Source: Podarcis muralis
Taxonomy: Eukaryota
Length of the DNA: 64,000 nucleotides
Direction of reading: 5' to 3'
Assembly: GCF_964188315.1 (NCBI RefSeq)
Contig: NC_135657.1
Coordinates: forward strand, 38,564,001 to 38,628,000
Part shown: positions 23,847-36,310 of the stretch, piece after piece
Layout of the letters: the number at the start of each line of letters is the position of its first letter
Position numbering within the stretch: position 1 is the first letter of the stretch
Program-made: the position numbers and the translations under genes
The notes under the pieces: model-generated
Databases searched by the model: none
What the model saw: the letters and a program-made list of their open reading frames with translations, nothing else
Told to the model about the DNA's origin: nothing

Positions 23847-26800
23847 ATCCATGTGGAAGAAGAAGAAATATGTGTCTAGAATTTGGGGGATGTGCTTCAT
23901 CCCCTGCAAACTTAGGATGCTTCTGAACTGTTGCTATTTTGGAGTTGGATTCAATCACATAGTGGCAAATCCAGGTTGCATAATTATCGTTGACTGGGGA
24001 GGTCTTGCACAAACCTACTGCCCCCAAAAGATAAGGGAAGTGCCAGGAAAATAGCCTGGAAAATGTAGAGTAACACTTGCTTTGGCGCAAGGTCTTCTAA
24101 CATTCCCACAAACAAATCAGAATGAATTGCCATTAAATAGCCAATCTCTTCCAATCTCTCTGCAAACACATCAGGGTGAATGCTCCATAAACAGGTCTTT
24201 TGGAAGCACCCTCACGCATGCCAGGACTCTTAAAAGCCAGGGGCTCTGTGTTGTATAGGATCTAGCAACTCTACCTAACGTGGCAACAGCTGCATAGAAA
24301 GGCCCTTGCGATTCATCATGGAAGACTAAAGTGCTCAGAAGGGTTAAACCTAGGCCCTCTTGCGTTCTCTCTCTCTCTCTCTCTCTCTCTCTGGCGTGCC
24401 TTGGGAAGCTTTGTTCATTGGAGTATTAAATTCCACAGCTGTAAATAATCTGTAGCAGGAGAGATTATCAAGGCCTTGGGAAGAAGCAGCTTTTATTAAT
24501 AAGATTGGGTCTCCCTGAGAAAGCTCACGTAGCTCTTTTCCACCCTTTCCTAGCTGCTTTTTCCTCTTGTTTTTTGGGTTTGCTTTTTTGTGGGGTGCTC
24601 TGCTTCAGGATCCAGGCCCCCGCCTCGAGCTCTCCTGTTCTGGCAGGTGTGCTCAGCCTTTGCCATGAGAGCACTTCCTCGCCTCAAGGCCAGCAGCTGG
24701 CAAGCGGTGAGGCTGAGACAGTTATATCCCAGTTTTCCTTGGCTGGCTGTGTCTGCAGCCCGATTGGTTTCTTGGGCTGGAAAGAAGGAACCAATGAACA
24801 TCTTGGAACCAGGCTGCTGAAGTATGAATGTGTGTTATCAAATATTTACACCCCTTAATGGGCTTTGAGCGGGTCTGTCAACTGATTTTAATAATCCTTT
24901 TTAAAATAAATAAATAAACCCCGGCTTTTGATTTGGGTTGCCAACTTTTCAATCAGCTTCTGGCTGCTCTTGATGCCCAGACATTAGCAGCTGATGGTGT
25001 TTCTTTTTCTACCCATTGGAAAGCTTTGCTTGCTGGTTCCTGCAGACCAGGCTGTTCCACACACCCCTCTGGTCATTTGGCAACTTTACATTTCATTTAT
25101 TAAATCTAAATATGTTTGCATATAAGTTTTTTTTTTTGAGGATATTAGGAGCTGTGTAATTTTCCTCACATGTGAGATAACTGCTAGCTCCTGCCAAGTT
25201 TACTCTTTTCCTTTTAATCATTTTAAAACATGGATGATCCCCTACTAAATTAGCTTGCCGCAGCAGGATGGTGGCGGCGGGTGGGGTGGGGTAAGCTTCA
25301 GAAAAGTAACGAATACTTTCAACATTCTGGAGGATCAACGTTTTCATACAACAGCTTCAGTGCTTCCAGCTTCAATTTTTCTTTCTCATTTCCATTCCTG
25401 GGAAAAGCTACAACCCACAGCATCCTCAGTATAAACTGGTGGGGAGAAATGATCCCTAAAAATGCAATGCTGTGCGTGTCCACTCAGAAGTGAGCCTTAC
25501 TGAATCCATCACATCACATGAGGCTGCAATCCAGTGAGTCTCACTTGAACTCAGTGGGGCTTACTTCAGAGTAGACTTGCTTAGGATTTCATGGCAAGTT
25601 AATCGAGCATCAAATTTAGCTCAGGGAGGAGGGAGCTGAGCATAAAAACTGTCACTGGAGTAGCTAATTCATTCTCACAGTCTCTCTCTCTCTCTCCTTT
25701 GTATGTGGATCTCAGCTGGACATTTTTGTACTCTCTTTGGAAGCCCATTTCAAAGCTGCTCCCGAAACAGGAAGGACTCCCTGAGATTTTTCTTAGCTCT
25801 CTATAAGCTCATGGACCTTTGGCTACCTCATCAGTTCTTAGATGCTACAAAGTAGGTTAAATGATATATTTTTAGACCTACTTAGATAGGATACTGCAAG
25901 CTTTGGTTTTCACGGGGGTCGTCGTGAGACAGCGGCTGCAGCAGAAGCACGCTGCCTCCGCTAAACCAATTCAGTCTGCAGAAAGGTACTCTAGTCTGTC
26001 TGCTTCGTTTCTTCTGTCTTTTTGGATCAACATGGCAACCGCTGGCCTGGTTCAGTTGTCATGACCTCAGTCTCATAAACCCACAAAGCTCCCTCATCTT
26101 TCCAGAATTTAATTTCCCATTACATCCAAGCCATATCCAGAGTCAGATCCTGGTTTGCAATCTGAGGAGAAACAAGTTTCTGAAGTTTGATGTAACAGGA
26201 AACTGTCGTTTAACAAACCCTGGAAGTTTTCAATAGTGGGGCAAGACAGAAGGACTGTGGAGGTCCAAAGCTTGTTCTTGGTCTAATAAACCATGGATAG
26301 GCTAAGGTCAACAGGCAGGAATTCCACCAGTGCAACTACACCCCTGGCCCTATTTGGAGATGAAAAACCCTGGCATGTTCAAAGTGCTGAGCCTTTGCCA
26401 GAAAATTGCAACTCCAGCTCACGGGCATAGAAAGCTGCCTTGTACCAAGACGAACCTTCTGCATTCAAAGCATGTTCTACCCCTGAGCCATGGTCATTCC
26501 TGGGTTTTGGTCTTGACTCTTATGCACCATTCCACTGGTTATGATCAGACAAAGAGGTGCCATGCCTTCAGATGCAGGAGCAAAGCACCCCAGAAGCCAG
26601 GATGCTTCCTACACTCTTCCAGTCCTTAGTCTTCCTCCTGCTTCTCCGCCACAGATAATACTCCCCCTCCCTTTACAGTGACTGGCTGCGCATCTCGGCG
26701 ATTGCTGGCTGCCAACATTCCACAGGCAGCGCAACAGAACGCCTGAGAAATAAATTGTGTTTTAACCTAGTCAGACTCCCCTTAATGGAGACCGGCTGGA

Positions 26801-28635
26801 TAAGAGAGGGTTGCTCTCTGGGAATGGAATGCAAATCAAAGCCCATTCACCTCCATGGCACCTGTTTCATTCTCCGCCAGCTGACCTGGGTGGGGTTTTT
26901 TTCATATATTTGGGGAGGAAGGAGGATGCGGGTGATAGCAAATCAAGAATGAAACGTCATGTTCACTGCTAAACGGCTCCAGGCTCGGCCCAGCCTGACC
27001 CTGAGGTTTTTCCGTTATATCTCCATGTGCATTCAGGAAGCCAATTGTTTTCCAAGTGCCTCCTTGCATTTGGCATGATTAGGCCCCCAAACATTCTCTA
27101 CCTCTGCATATAGTTACTTTCATCAGCTGCCACCACCCTTAACTGGACGATATTTTCAATTTTTAAAAATACAGTGCTAAAAACAATTGCAGCAGAGGAA
27201 AAACTACACCAGAGATTAAACACCTTGGGATATTAAAAGGTCTTTATGTGGTGCAGAAGAGACTTCAGCATAGGCACCAAGTCAGATGCTCTTAAGAAAG
27301 AGCCTCATAAGTGAGGAACCATCACTAAAAAGGCCTTCATGGAGGTGGCATGGCCCTGAATACCAATTGCTGGGAATTGCTGGTGGGGAGAACGTTGTTG
27401 CACTTGGACCCTGGTTGCAGGCTGCCTATGGGCATCTGGGTCGCCACTGTGAGAACAGGGCACCGTTTTTATGTTCTCTTTGAAACAACCTGCCTTACTT
27501 CAGATGGCAAGGACTCTCTGAAGTCGGCCTTACTAGGCCTCTGCTTCCCTGAACCCCCAATACTGCATGAAATGCAGGTCTCTTGCTGAAAATAGCAGCC
27601 CTGGGTGGAGTTTCTCCTCCCTCTCTGTGATGCGCAGGACAAATCCTGGCTCCTCTTTATGGGCTTAGAGCAAAAGCCTTCTTGCCAGTCTCACGTGAAG
27701 CCACAGCATGAGGGAATGCATGTGTTATTTGTTTACATCCGGTGGCCCTTGCACACCTGCACGCACCACACCTGCTTTGGTGTGTCTGAGCCAATGTGGC
27801 CTGAGTTAGCATGAAAGTGGAATTTTATCTGTTCTAGACTTGCTGAGCCATACCCCAAGGGCTCCTGAGGTAATGGCCTGGACACATGCATGCTGCTTTA
27901 TTACAACTGCTATTCTTTCCCTCCGGCTGATGAGCGGCAAGCCAGCCAGCCAGCCAGCCACATTCTCTGTGCCTAGGCCCCTGTGTACAGTATACTTTCC
28001 CTCCAAACTTTGCTTTGCTGAAATGTTTGCCAAGAAGACAACTTTCAGAAAGTACAATTCCTAATGTCTTGCAGGGTGTGCCATTGTCAACAACAACCAC
28101 CACAAACCCTTGGGCCTTGCAAGAAGGAGTATTGGACATTCAAATTAAACTCAGTTGTGTGGTAGAGAGCTGTGTGATTATAGTGCACTGAAGGTATCAA
28201 GCAGATAGTTCTATTGCACCATGAGATATGTAATGGCTCTCAACTCTGGCTTGACTGTAGAGGCATCACTGGGATTGCCGATTTCCTGCAGCCTCTTGCA
28301 GTGGGGACTGGCCCCAATGACTTTAGGCATGTTCTTTGGGATGGGGTGGTTGGGGGGGGAGAGAGACCTCATGCTGCAATTCCTGCATCATGACTGTGTC
28401 AGTGATCCCCCTCCATGGCATAGTAGACACTGAAAAGCTGCCCTGTGCCCATCATCCAGGCAGAATAAATAAATTGATGGATTCCCATTCCTGGCAATGA
28501 AAGGTAGGGACAGTTCATCTATTCCAACCCCTGCAATGCAGAAATATGCAGCTGTCCCATATGGAACTGAACTTGCAACCTTGGCGTTATAGTATTGGGA
28601 CAGCCTGTGAAGGATACATCTCACTTGGCTTGAAT

Positions 28636-28781
28636 CATAGGAGCCAACTCCTAGGAGCCGAGGTACCTTTGCCCCTCCTAAAATATTTGAGGGGGCCAGT
28701 CCCCCCAAAGTTGATTGCCATTCAAATGGTGTGTGTGCCATGCCTTGTGGTTGATTATGCAGGGCGAGGCTGCCCCAATTT
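28636..28781. mobile_element. Truncated hAT MITE (family of 9569-9750, reverse orientation)
   Basis: CATAGGAGCCAACTCCTAGG end and shared internal sequence with the 9569 copy; the other terminus is missing. Confidence 0.65.
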
Positions 28782-29017
28782 TTTATTCAAGGAATCACAA
28801 CATTTGCTCCCCATTGCAGAATGCATTGCACACCATTGGATGAGCCTTGTGTTCTCTGGGGACAAGTTGCAGTTTGCCAATGGCTATTGCCAAGACATGA
28901 GGAGAACTGCAGTAGTGGGAGCACGTCAGCTCTGGTTCCAATGTCAGTGTTCATTATCCAGAGACAGGGGTGAAGGACCTGTGCCCCTCCAGAGGTTGCT
29001 AGATTTACAGGACTCGT

Positions 29018-29212
29018 CATAGGAACAATAGAAAGCTGCTGAGTCAGACCCTGAGTCTACCTAGCTCAGTTTTTGTCTACACTGCCTGGAAGCAGATCTC
29101 CAGGATTTCAGAACAGTTTCTCCCCCAGTCTTACCTGGAAAAGCCAGGAATCGAACCTGTGATCTTCTGGTTGCAAGGCAGATGCTCTGCCCTCTGAGCC
29201 ACGGTCCTTCCC
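29018..29212 (-). mobile_element. tRNA-derived SINE
   Basis: Minus head GGGAAGGACCGTGGCTCAGAGGGCAGAGCATCTGCCTTGC...GGTTCGATTCC (A and B boxes) and a TTCCTATG tail. Confidence 0.75.
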
Positions 29213-29908
29213 TGATGATTCGTCATGCTGGCTGGGGCTGGTTGGAATGGAGGTTCAACAACATCTGGAGGGCCACCTGTTCACCACCCTCCCCTGATAT
29301 GGGAGGCCTCTACTTAGGCATGCAACCACTCTCCACAGCTCTAAACCACAGCTATTTGCTTGCTGGAAGAACCTCATTTTCCCAGCAACTCAGTGCAGCA
29401 GTCCAAATGCTACTAATCAATTATTCCACTGCAACCATAAAAAGCATTCGTTGGAGCAACAGCCTTATCTGGATCCTGCTCTGCAATATAGCAAGTTTAC
29501 TGCTGATAGTCCCACAGCTAAAAAAACCCCAAAAACAAAGAAGAAGAACCTCACAATCTGAAAAGGAATTAAAAACAAATAAAAAAGGCAAAGGCATTTG
29601 CTAGTTAAGTTTCTTGTGGGGTGGTGACAATGAAGAGGTGCTAGTTTTACTGTTTATAGACCGTTGTCTGCAGCGTGCTGCTCCTGTCCAAGTCACCAAA
29701 GAGCCATGAGGCACCTCAGAGAGAGGGAGCTCCTTGTTTTCATTCAGGGCTCCTTGTGCAGATCTCATTCCATCCTGTTCAAACCCAGAATCTGCCCTCC
29801 AAGGAGGTTTGTCCCAGAACAAATGGAAGAAATCACGGGACAAAGGGAAGTGCGGACGAGCCCTCGCAATGGTCCCTGACGGGAGGAACCACCACAGAAC
29901 ATGAAAAA

Positions 29909-29924
29909 GCCACTAGGTGGCGCC
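29909..29924 (+). promoter_or_regulatory. Strong CTCF motif
   Basis: GCCACTAGGTGGCGCC is an exact match to the CTCF core consensus. Confidence 0.65.
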
Positions 29925-32900
29925 CCTGTGTTGAGTTTCTGCCCGAGTCACTGGTCAAAGAAGCAACTATATGGAGAGTAAGTAAAGAAATGAGATGGAG
30001 ATGAACAATAATAAAAGTGAATGGTGAGTGGAAATCTGAGAAAAAGGAGAGAGGGGGTCAGAAAGGGATTTCATAGCCATTTCCTGCTTCATAGGATCAG
30101 TTTCAGGAAGTCTTTTTTCTTGTTTCCTTTAATAGAAGTCAGCACCCCCACTTAGGGGGCACATCTCACCTGCAGGGCAGCTGCAAAACACTGCGGTCTC
30201 CCCAATACAGCTGCATGCCGACAGCTGTGGTGTTTCCCTCCCTCCCTCCCTCCCTCCCTGCTTTTCTTTTTTCTGTTTAACAAGGCAGTTGCTGTTGGGC
30301 AGATGTAAGTGTTGAGCTAAAGTAGTTTTGGGATAATGCGTTCTACAGAATTCCCAGCATGCCTTAGTTCCTTGGCACCAGGCCTCGGAGGTCAAGGGAG
30401 TATGAAACTTAAAGGGTCTTAAGTTCTTTCAGCTCCTGTAAGACTGGAGGCCAGAGGGATGGGGGTTGTATGAGGAACCTGAATCTCTCCAGAAAATGCT
30501 AGGCTAAAGCTCCCGTCATCCCCCCTAACCATGGGCCATGTTGGCTGGGGATGAGGGAGCTGGGAGTCCAGCAACTTTTGGGAGGCCACAGGTTCACCTT
30601 TCCTACTGCACACACAGCATTTTCTGGCATCAGATTCCCAAGAATGAAAAACTGTACTGCAGCAGCTACGGCTCAATCTGATGCAGAGAGCGACTGATCT
30701 CATTGGGTGTAGGAGTGAATCCAACTCTGTGTAGGACTGGGCAGACAAAATGTAGAATTATTATTATTATTTATTCTGTGGATGTGGAAATAAGAAGGGG
30801 AAAATGAAAGGGAAGACTTTTTCCTCAGGATTCCTGGCAGGGAAGGGAAATACCTGCCAGGGTGAGAGTCTGGGAGAAGAAAGGGAAGCTCCCAGGTGAG
30901 AGCTGGGAGGTCCCACCACTTTCTGTGTGAGACAAAGGTTAAGAGCTACCTTTGAGAGAGGACTCCATGTTTCCTTCTTCTTCTTTCTCTGTTTTTGTTT
31001 TATTTAGATTACTGTCTTTTATCTTATTGTATCATGAAAGAGCTTTAATAAAATCTTATTTTTAAAAAAGGATTACTGGCAATTTTGAGCAAGCACAACA
31101 AATTTCATACACTAGTAAAAATAATAATAAAATAAAATGAGGTTCTCTAGGTCTGCAGTCACTGGTGGAGTTGTGCAAAGACCGCAAGAATTGTGCTAGG
31201 CTTTAACAATTCTACAGCACAATATTACTGTTCTATAATGTGTTGCAAGTAACAGGGCGTTGACCAGGCACCAAACGGTATTACTCTGAGGAAGAGGATC
31301 TGGAGTTGGCGCACATACATTGGACAGAGTGGGCTATTGTCTGTTGTCCTGGGACTAGAGCATCATCCAGCCAAGCGGCCCCTGGGGTAAAGCATTCTTC
31401 TGCATTCTTTTCCAGGGGCCAGTGGTGGTCAGAGCCAGAGGCAAATGTTGGCTTAGTTTGTCCGCACACTCTGAAACCTCTCTCTGCCTACCATCTAGGT
31501 AAGCAAGAGGCATCATCAGAGTCCAGGGATGCAGTTGAGCTAGGCCAAAACACCCAGGCAGGCCTTGAAGCAAGGTCAGTATGGGTGTGGCCTAGAAAGA
31601 AGGTGTGAGGCCAGAGAGAGAGGGCTGCATTTGACTCCTGAGACTAAGGTTCCCCACCTCTGCCCTAGCACAGTGCTTCAGCCCCTATGTCTTCGCCGAC
31701 TTTGCGGAGGGAGGAAAGACACTGCAAATGCCTACATATGACCAGAAGTGCCTCACAAATCTCTCACACATTAGGCAGAGGAGTGCGGTCAGTGGCGCAG
31801 TTAGCAGACGCTGGACTTTCCGGTCCTACCGGCTGGTGGCTTTAGACAGTAACAGCCAGGGCTTGCTCCAGGTTTTTTGTGGGCCTAACCCCTTCCGTTT
31901 TTTAATGGCCTGGTTTGGCCCCTCCCTGCCCATTCATTCTGCCAACTGGTTCTGGACTTCGGCAGCCTCGTCCCGCCCTGACAGCAGCACCACCGAGGTC
32001 AGTCTTAAACGGATCGGACTCTGCAAAGAATCAGGTGTGAAATCTCTGCCGAAATCAGGCACACAGGGCAGCACACAGGTGCCTTAGAGTGCTGTTGCCT
32101 CCCTGCAGCTGTCCTAAAGATGGCCACCCTCCCTGTCACCATCTCTTTGTCTCCAGAGCTAGGATGTGACAGGGGAAGGATGGCTCTGTTTGAGCCCCAC
32201 TGCCTCGCCTGCCCTGGTAGGCCTGCTGGCTGCCTAAGGCGGAAGCAGCAGCCAATAGTGATGCTGAAGTGAGCTGTCTGGGTCAGGTGCAGCCCTGCGT
32301 GCTCTGCCTCACGTACAGAGATGCTGTCTCTCCTCCAGCTATACTGTTTCCTGCCAGCTCATGCACAGAGGGGTTTGCTTCTTTCTTTTTCCTTCCCCCG
32401 GCGGAGATGCTCAGGCAGACAGTCAGCTCCATTGAGATTAGCAAACTGGCTGATCCTGCACCTGCGTTTGGAGGAGGAGGAGGACACTTTTGTACGTGCG
32501 CCAGCCGCTCTGAGGCAGGCGTGGGTTGGGCTATCGGGGGTTGCGGGAGGCTTGCTTTGCAGAAGGGTGGAAACTGAGGCATGGAGGAGCCGAGGCAGCT
32601 TGCCCCGGAGGTGACTTGTTGCATCAAGCTCAGGGTCAGGACACACAGAGTCTTGCCCCCCCACCCGCACACAACAGATCCTTTTGCTTTGTGTGTGTGT
32701 GGTTGAATATTAGGACATCTCAAGCAAGAGGAAGAACAGAGACCCTGGAGCTTTCACCCTGGGAGGATTAGAGCGATGGCACCCTAAAGCTCTGGGGATT
32801 ATTCACCTGTCAGAAGAAAGAGATAGTGTCTGAATCTGTTGCTTCTGCAGGGGCTGTCTTAACCCCTGTGCAAAAAGAAAAGGATTTCGGGAGTGGGTTT

Positions 32901-32990
32901 TTCTTCCTTCCCCTTTGTACTTGGTGCAGGATAAGGAACAAAGGAAGCCACCAGTTATTAGACAATCTGTTCTCTACACTGACTGGCAGT

Positions 32991-33127
32991 AAGCTTCCGT
33001 GTGCATGCACACTTCTTCAGAAAGCTCATACCAAGAACAAACTTAGTTGGTCTCTAAGGTGCTACTGGACAATTTTTTTATTTTTATTTATTTATTTCGA
33101 TTGCGTCAGACCAACACAGCTGCCTAC
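32991..33127 (+). mobile_element. Penelope-like element terminal fragment with 5' inversion (hammerhead family A)
   Basis: 12-bp TSD CTGACTGGCAGT (32979-32990, 33128-33139). 32991-33020 is inverted relative to 33020-33127. The sequence is shared with 42235-42356. Confidence 0.75.
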
Positions 33128-34935
33128 CTGACTGGCAGTGGTTCTTCAGGGTTTCAGGTAGAATTTTAGACAGTTCTGTTTGGAGGTGATGAGGTCCTTT
33201 TTGCATGCACTTGGATTAGCAATGTGTTTATTTTCAGATGTGTACACCACCCGGACTTCCTGGAGCCAAGAATACCCTACAGAGCACATTTTGCCCACCC
33301 CAGTGTTGCTTACTGTACCTACAACTGCTGCAAGCCCTGCTGGAACATGTAGTTCAGCACCTGAGAGAACGTTTCCATCAGGGCGTTCCCTCAACCCTGC
33401 TACAAAGAGCTCCCTTGCAGCCTTGCATCCCTATACCAGCCAGGCTAGTTCTATACAGCTTTGAAAATACAGCTCAGGGCTTAGCTCCCGCATTGTCCTT
33501 GAGCCCAGCCATCACCCCACAACTCTGTTCCGTCATCTGTACTCTTGAAACAAAAATGACCTATGCTTAGTGACGAATGTGGAAAGGAAACGACATGGTT
33601 GCTCACCTTGAACTTCAAGGATAGTGTGGGTTAAATAAATCAAGAAAGCAGCCTAACGCATTGTTCAATGAAACGACAGCCTCGTGATGCAGTTGCAGGG
33701 GATTCCCCCAGTCTTTTGCAGTGAGTCCTGGATGTTCCAGAAACCTGAGCCATAGACTTTTAAGCAGTGGAAGGAAAACACTTCCGTTACATGTCAGCCC
33801 AGGACTGGAACAATTCTGGTCACCCATACATAACCTGTGCAAGGTAATTGGAGGAGCATCTAGGAGCCTGATCCTTTACACAGTGCACACAACTTAGTCC
33901 GATGGGCTTTGGACTGCCTGACTCTGCAAAGGATCAGGCTTGGTTGGAGGTTTTCCCCACCTCCTGTGGCATTTTAGGAAGCAAAAGGTTCCTATTGAGT
34001 GATGGAGATTCTCAAATAAAGAAGGCTAAGGGGAAATGGGACATTTGAGAAGTCTGCCACAAAGGAAAATTGGGGAAGAGAGTGTTGGGAGAGGGTAGGA
34101 AAAGATGATTTGGCCATGTTCCAGAAAGGGGCACATTTGAAGGGGAAAGAGGTTTAAAGGGAGGCGGTAGGGCATGAAACATCAGGGAGTGGAGGACGGA
34201 GGTGGGGGGGTAGGGGAGGTAAGGAGAGCCATGTTTTCCCTGGGCTTTAGGTTTATTACCACGTCCAGCTGCGCTTGCCAGATGCCGCTTATTGCTGCGT
34301 GCGCACACACATGTGTGCCAGTGGTTAATTAAAATGTGGGCGTGCCAGGACCTGAGCCTGCCTAGCAACTGCCCATACAGGACAGTTTGCCAGGGGGTTT
34401 TGCCTGCATATGCGTTTGCCATGCACATGCACAGCAAATTCACGCCAAAGAAGGACTGCTGTTTTTTTAACTTTAACGGGGCAGGTGCATTTCAAAAGGC
34501 CTTCCAAAGAGTGACGTGCTTTATGGATGATCTCGTTTGTGGAGGGGCTCTAGGCCAGTGCTGGAGGACCTGCTTTGCAGGGTGAATGCCCCAGGATCAG
34601 TCCCCAAAAGGGATCAGAGAGGCTCCCTGCCTGAAACCCTGGAAAGTCGCTGACAGTCAGTGTTGACTGAGTTAGATAGGCCAATGGTCTGACTTGGAAG
34701 CTTCCTTCCCCCCCTTGAGACACCCATCCTCTTCAGTTGGAAGAGACCACAAGGATCATCCTGCAAATACAGGAATCTTTTGCCCAATGTGGGTCCTGAG
34801 CCCACAATCCTGAGATGCTCCACCATGCAAGCTAGTGAGACCAAGCCAGTGAGACCATGCCAGTGATCTGCTCGCTTGGCTGTGTGACTCTCCATCATGC
34901 ATACAGCTGAAAAACACACATTTGCCACCAAGTAA

Positions 34936-35297
34936 GGGACGCGGGTGGCGCTGTGGGTAAAAGCCTCAGCGCCTAGGGCTTGCCGATCGAAAGGTCGGCG
35001 GTTCAAATCACCACGGCGGGGTGCGCTCCCGTTGCTCAGTCCCAGCGCCTGCCAACCTAGCAGTTTGAAAGCACCTCCGGGTGCAAGTAGATAAATAGGG
35101 ACCGCTTACCAGCGGGAAGGTAAATGGTGTTCCGTGTGCTGCGCTGGCTCGCCAGATGCAGCTTGTCACGCTGGCCACGTGACCCGGAAGTGTCTCCGGA
35201 CAGCGCTGGCCCCCGGCCTATAGAGTGAGATGGGCGCACAACCCCAGAGCCTGTCAAGACTGGCCCGTACGGGCAGGGGTACCTTTACCTTTACCTT
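34936..35297 (+). mobile_element. Sauria SINE, young subfamily
   Basis: GGGACGCGGGTGGCGCTGTGGG head, full body, (ACCTTT)n tail; CpGs largely intact. Confidence 0.95.
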
Positions 35298-35544
35298 AAG
35301 GTGTGAAGTAACCCTAAAGCAGAGGCAGTAATTTAAGGGCATGGCACTCTGTACCATGCTGGTCAGGGGTCACTGGAAATCTCTGCACATTGTCAATCCG
35401 AGGGGGTTAAGGAAGTGTAAAGCAGTTTGCAGGCTCAAACGAAACCCTGGAGGGCAGGTGAGTTTGAGATCAGCGGACACCCCTCAATTCCAAGCCCCAC
35501 AACCCTTATGATAGCCCAGAGAAGAAAATCGGAGACTGTGAAGC

Positions 35545-35695
35545 TCACTGGGTGGCCTTGATCCAGTCAAGACATCTCCGTGTAACCTACCTCAAAGGGC
35601 TGTTGTGAGGATAAAATGTAAGGGAATAAAACTGTGAGCACCACCTTGGGCTCCTTGGAGGAGACAAGTGAAATAAATGAAATGAAATAAATTCA
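35545..35695 (+). mobile_element. MIR/CORE-like SINE remnant
   Basis: AACCTACCTCAAAGGGCTGTTGTGAGGATAAAATG core and an AAAT-rich tail. Confidence 0.55.
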
Positions 35696-35739
35696 GCATC
35701 CACGCCCCCTTTTGCAGTTCATCCTAGCAGCTAGAAGGT

Positions 35740-36310
35740 GAGACGCAAGTGGCTGTTGTCTTCTTCCTTCCCATCCTCTCCGGAGATGAAGCCGCGTCGC
35801 AGAGCTTCGCCTTGTCCAAAACTAGGTGGCAGTGGCTGCTCAGTTTTTATGAATGAAGCGGCGTCGGGCTGGGGGTGGGGAGGCGACTTGCGCGTGAGGC
35901 TGCTCCCCCCATCCTTGCTCCGTCGCCGGCTGGAGGGGGAGGGGGAGGGGTGTGTGGCGAAGGAGGGAGGCGAGGCGGCCCCTCCCCCTCGTATTAGCAT
36001 AAGGGCGGGGGAGGTTTACATGTCATTCTGCACGTTGCCTTTCAGCGATCCAGGCGCTTAACCAACCGGCCTTGGCAGCCGCCCAGCGAGTCAGCTGCTT
36101 CCGAGCGGCGAAGGAGGCTGGGCTGAGCGCGGAGCCCCGGCGCCGGTTTTAAGGTGTCCCAGCCGCGTCATGGCACGGCAGGGACCCCGGCACAAAGGGG
36201 CCGCCGTGGGGCAAGGGTGCACCGGCAGCCCAGCCAGCAGCCCGGGACGGACATTTTTTTATTTAAAAATTAAAAATAGCAAAAGTACAGTATCTCTCTC
36301 TAACGCCCCC
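35740..36310. promoter_or_regulatory. Orphan CpG island / candidate enhancer
   Basis: CpG-rich and repeat-free with no linked coding exon. Has GC boxes, a FOX-like GTTTAC and RCGTG cores. Confidence 0.6.

Noticed and set aside
30780-31070. Possible solo LTR or unknown repeat ending in AATAAA and an A-rich tract
   Set aside because: No TG...CA ends, TSD or second copy that I could identify.
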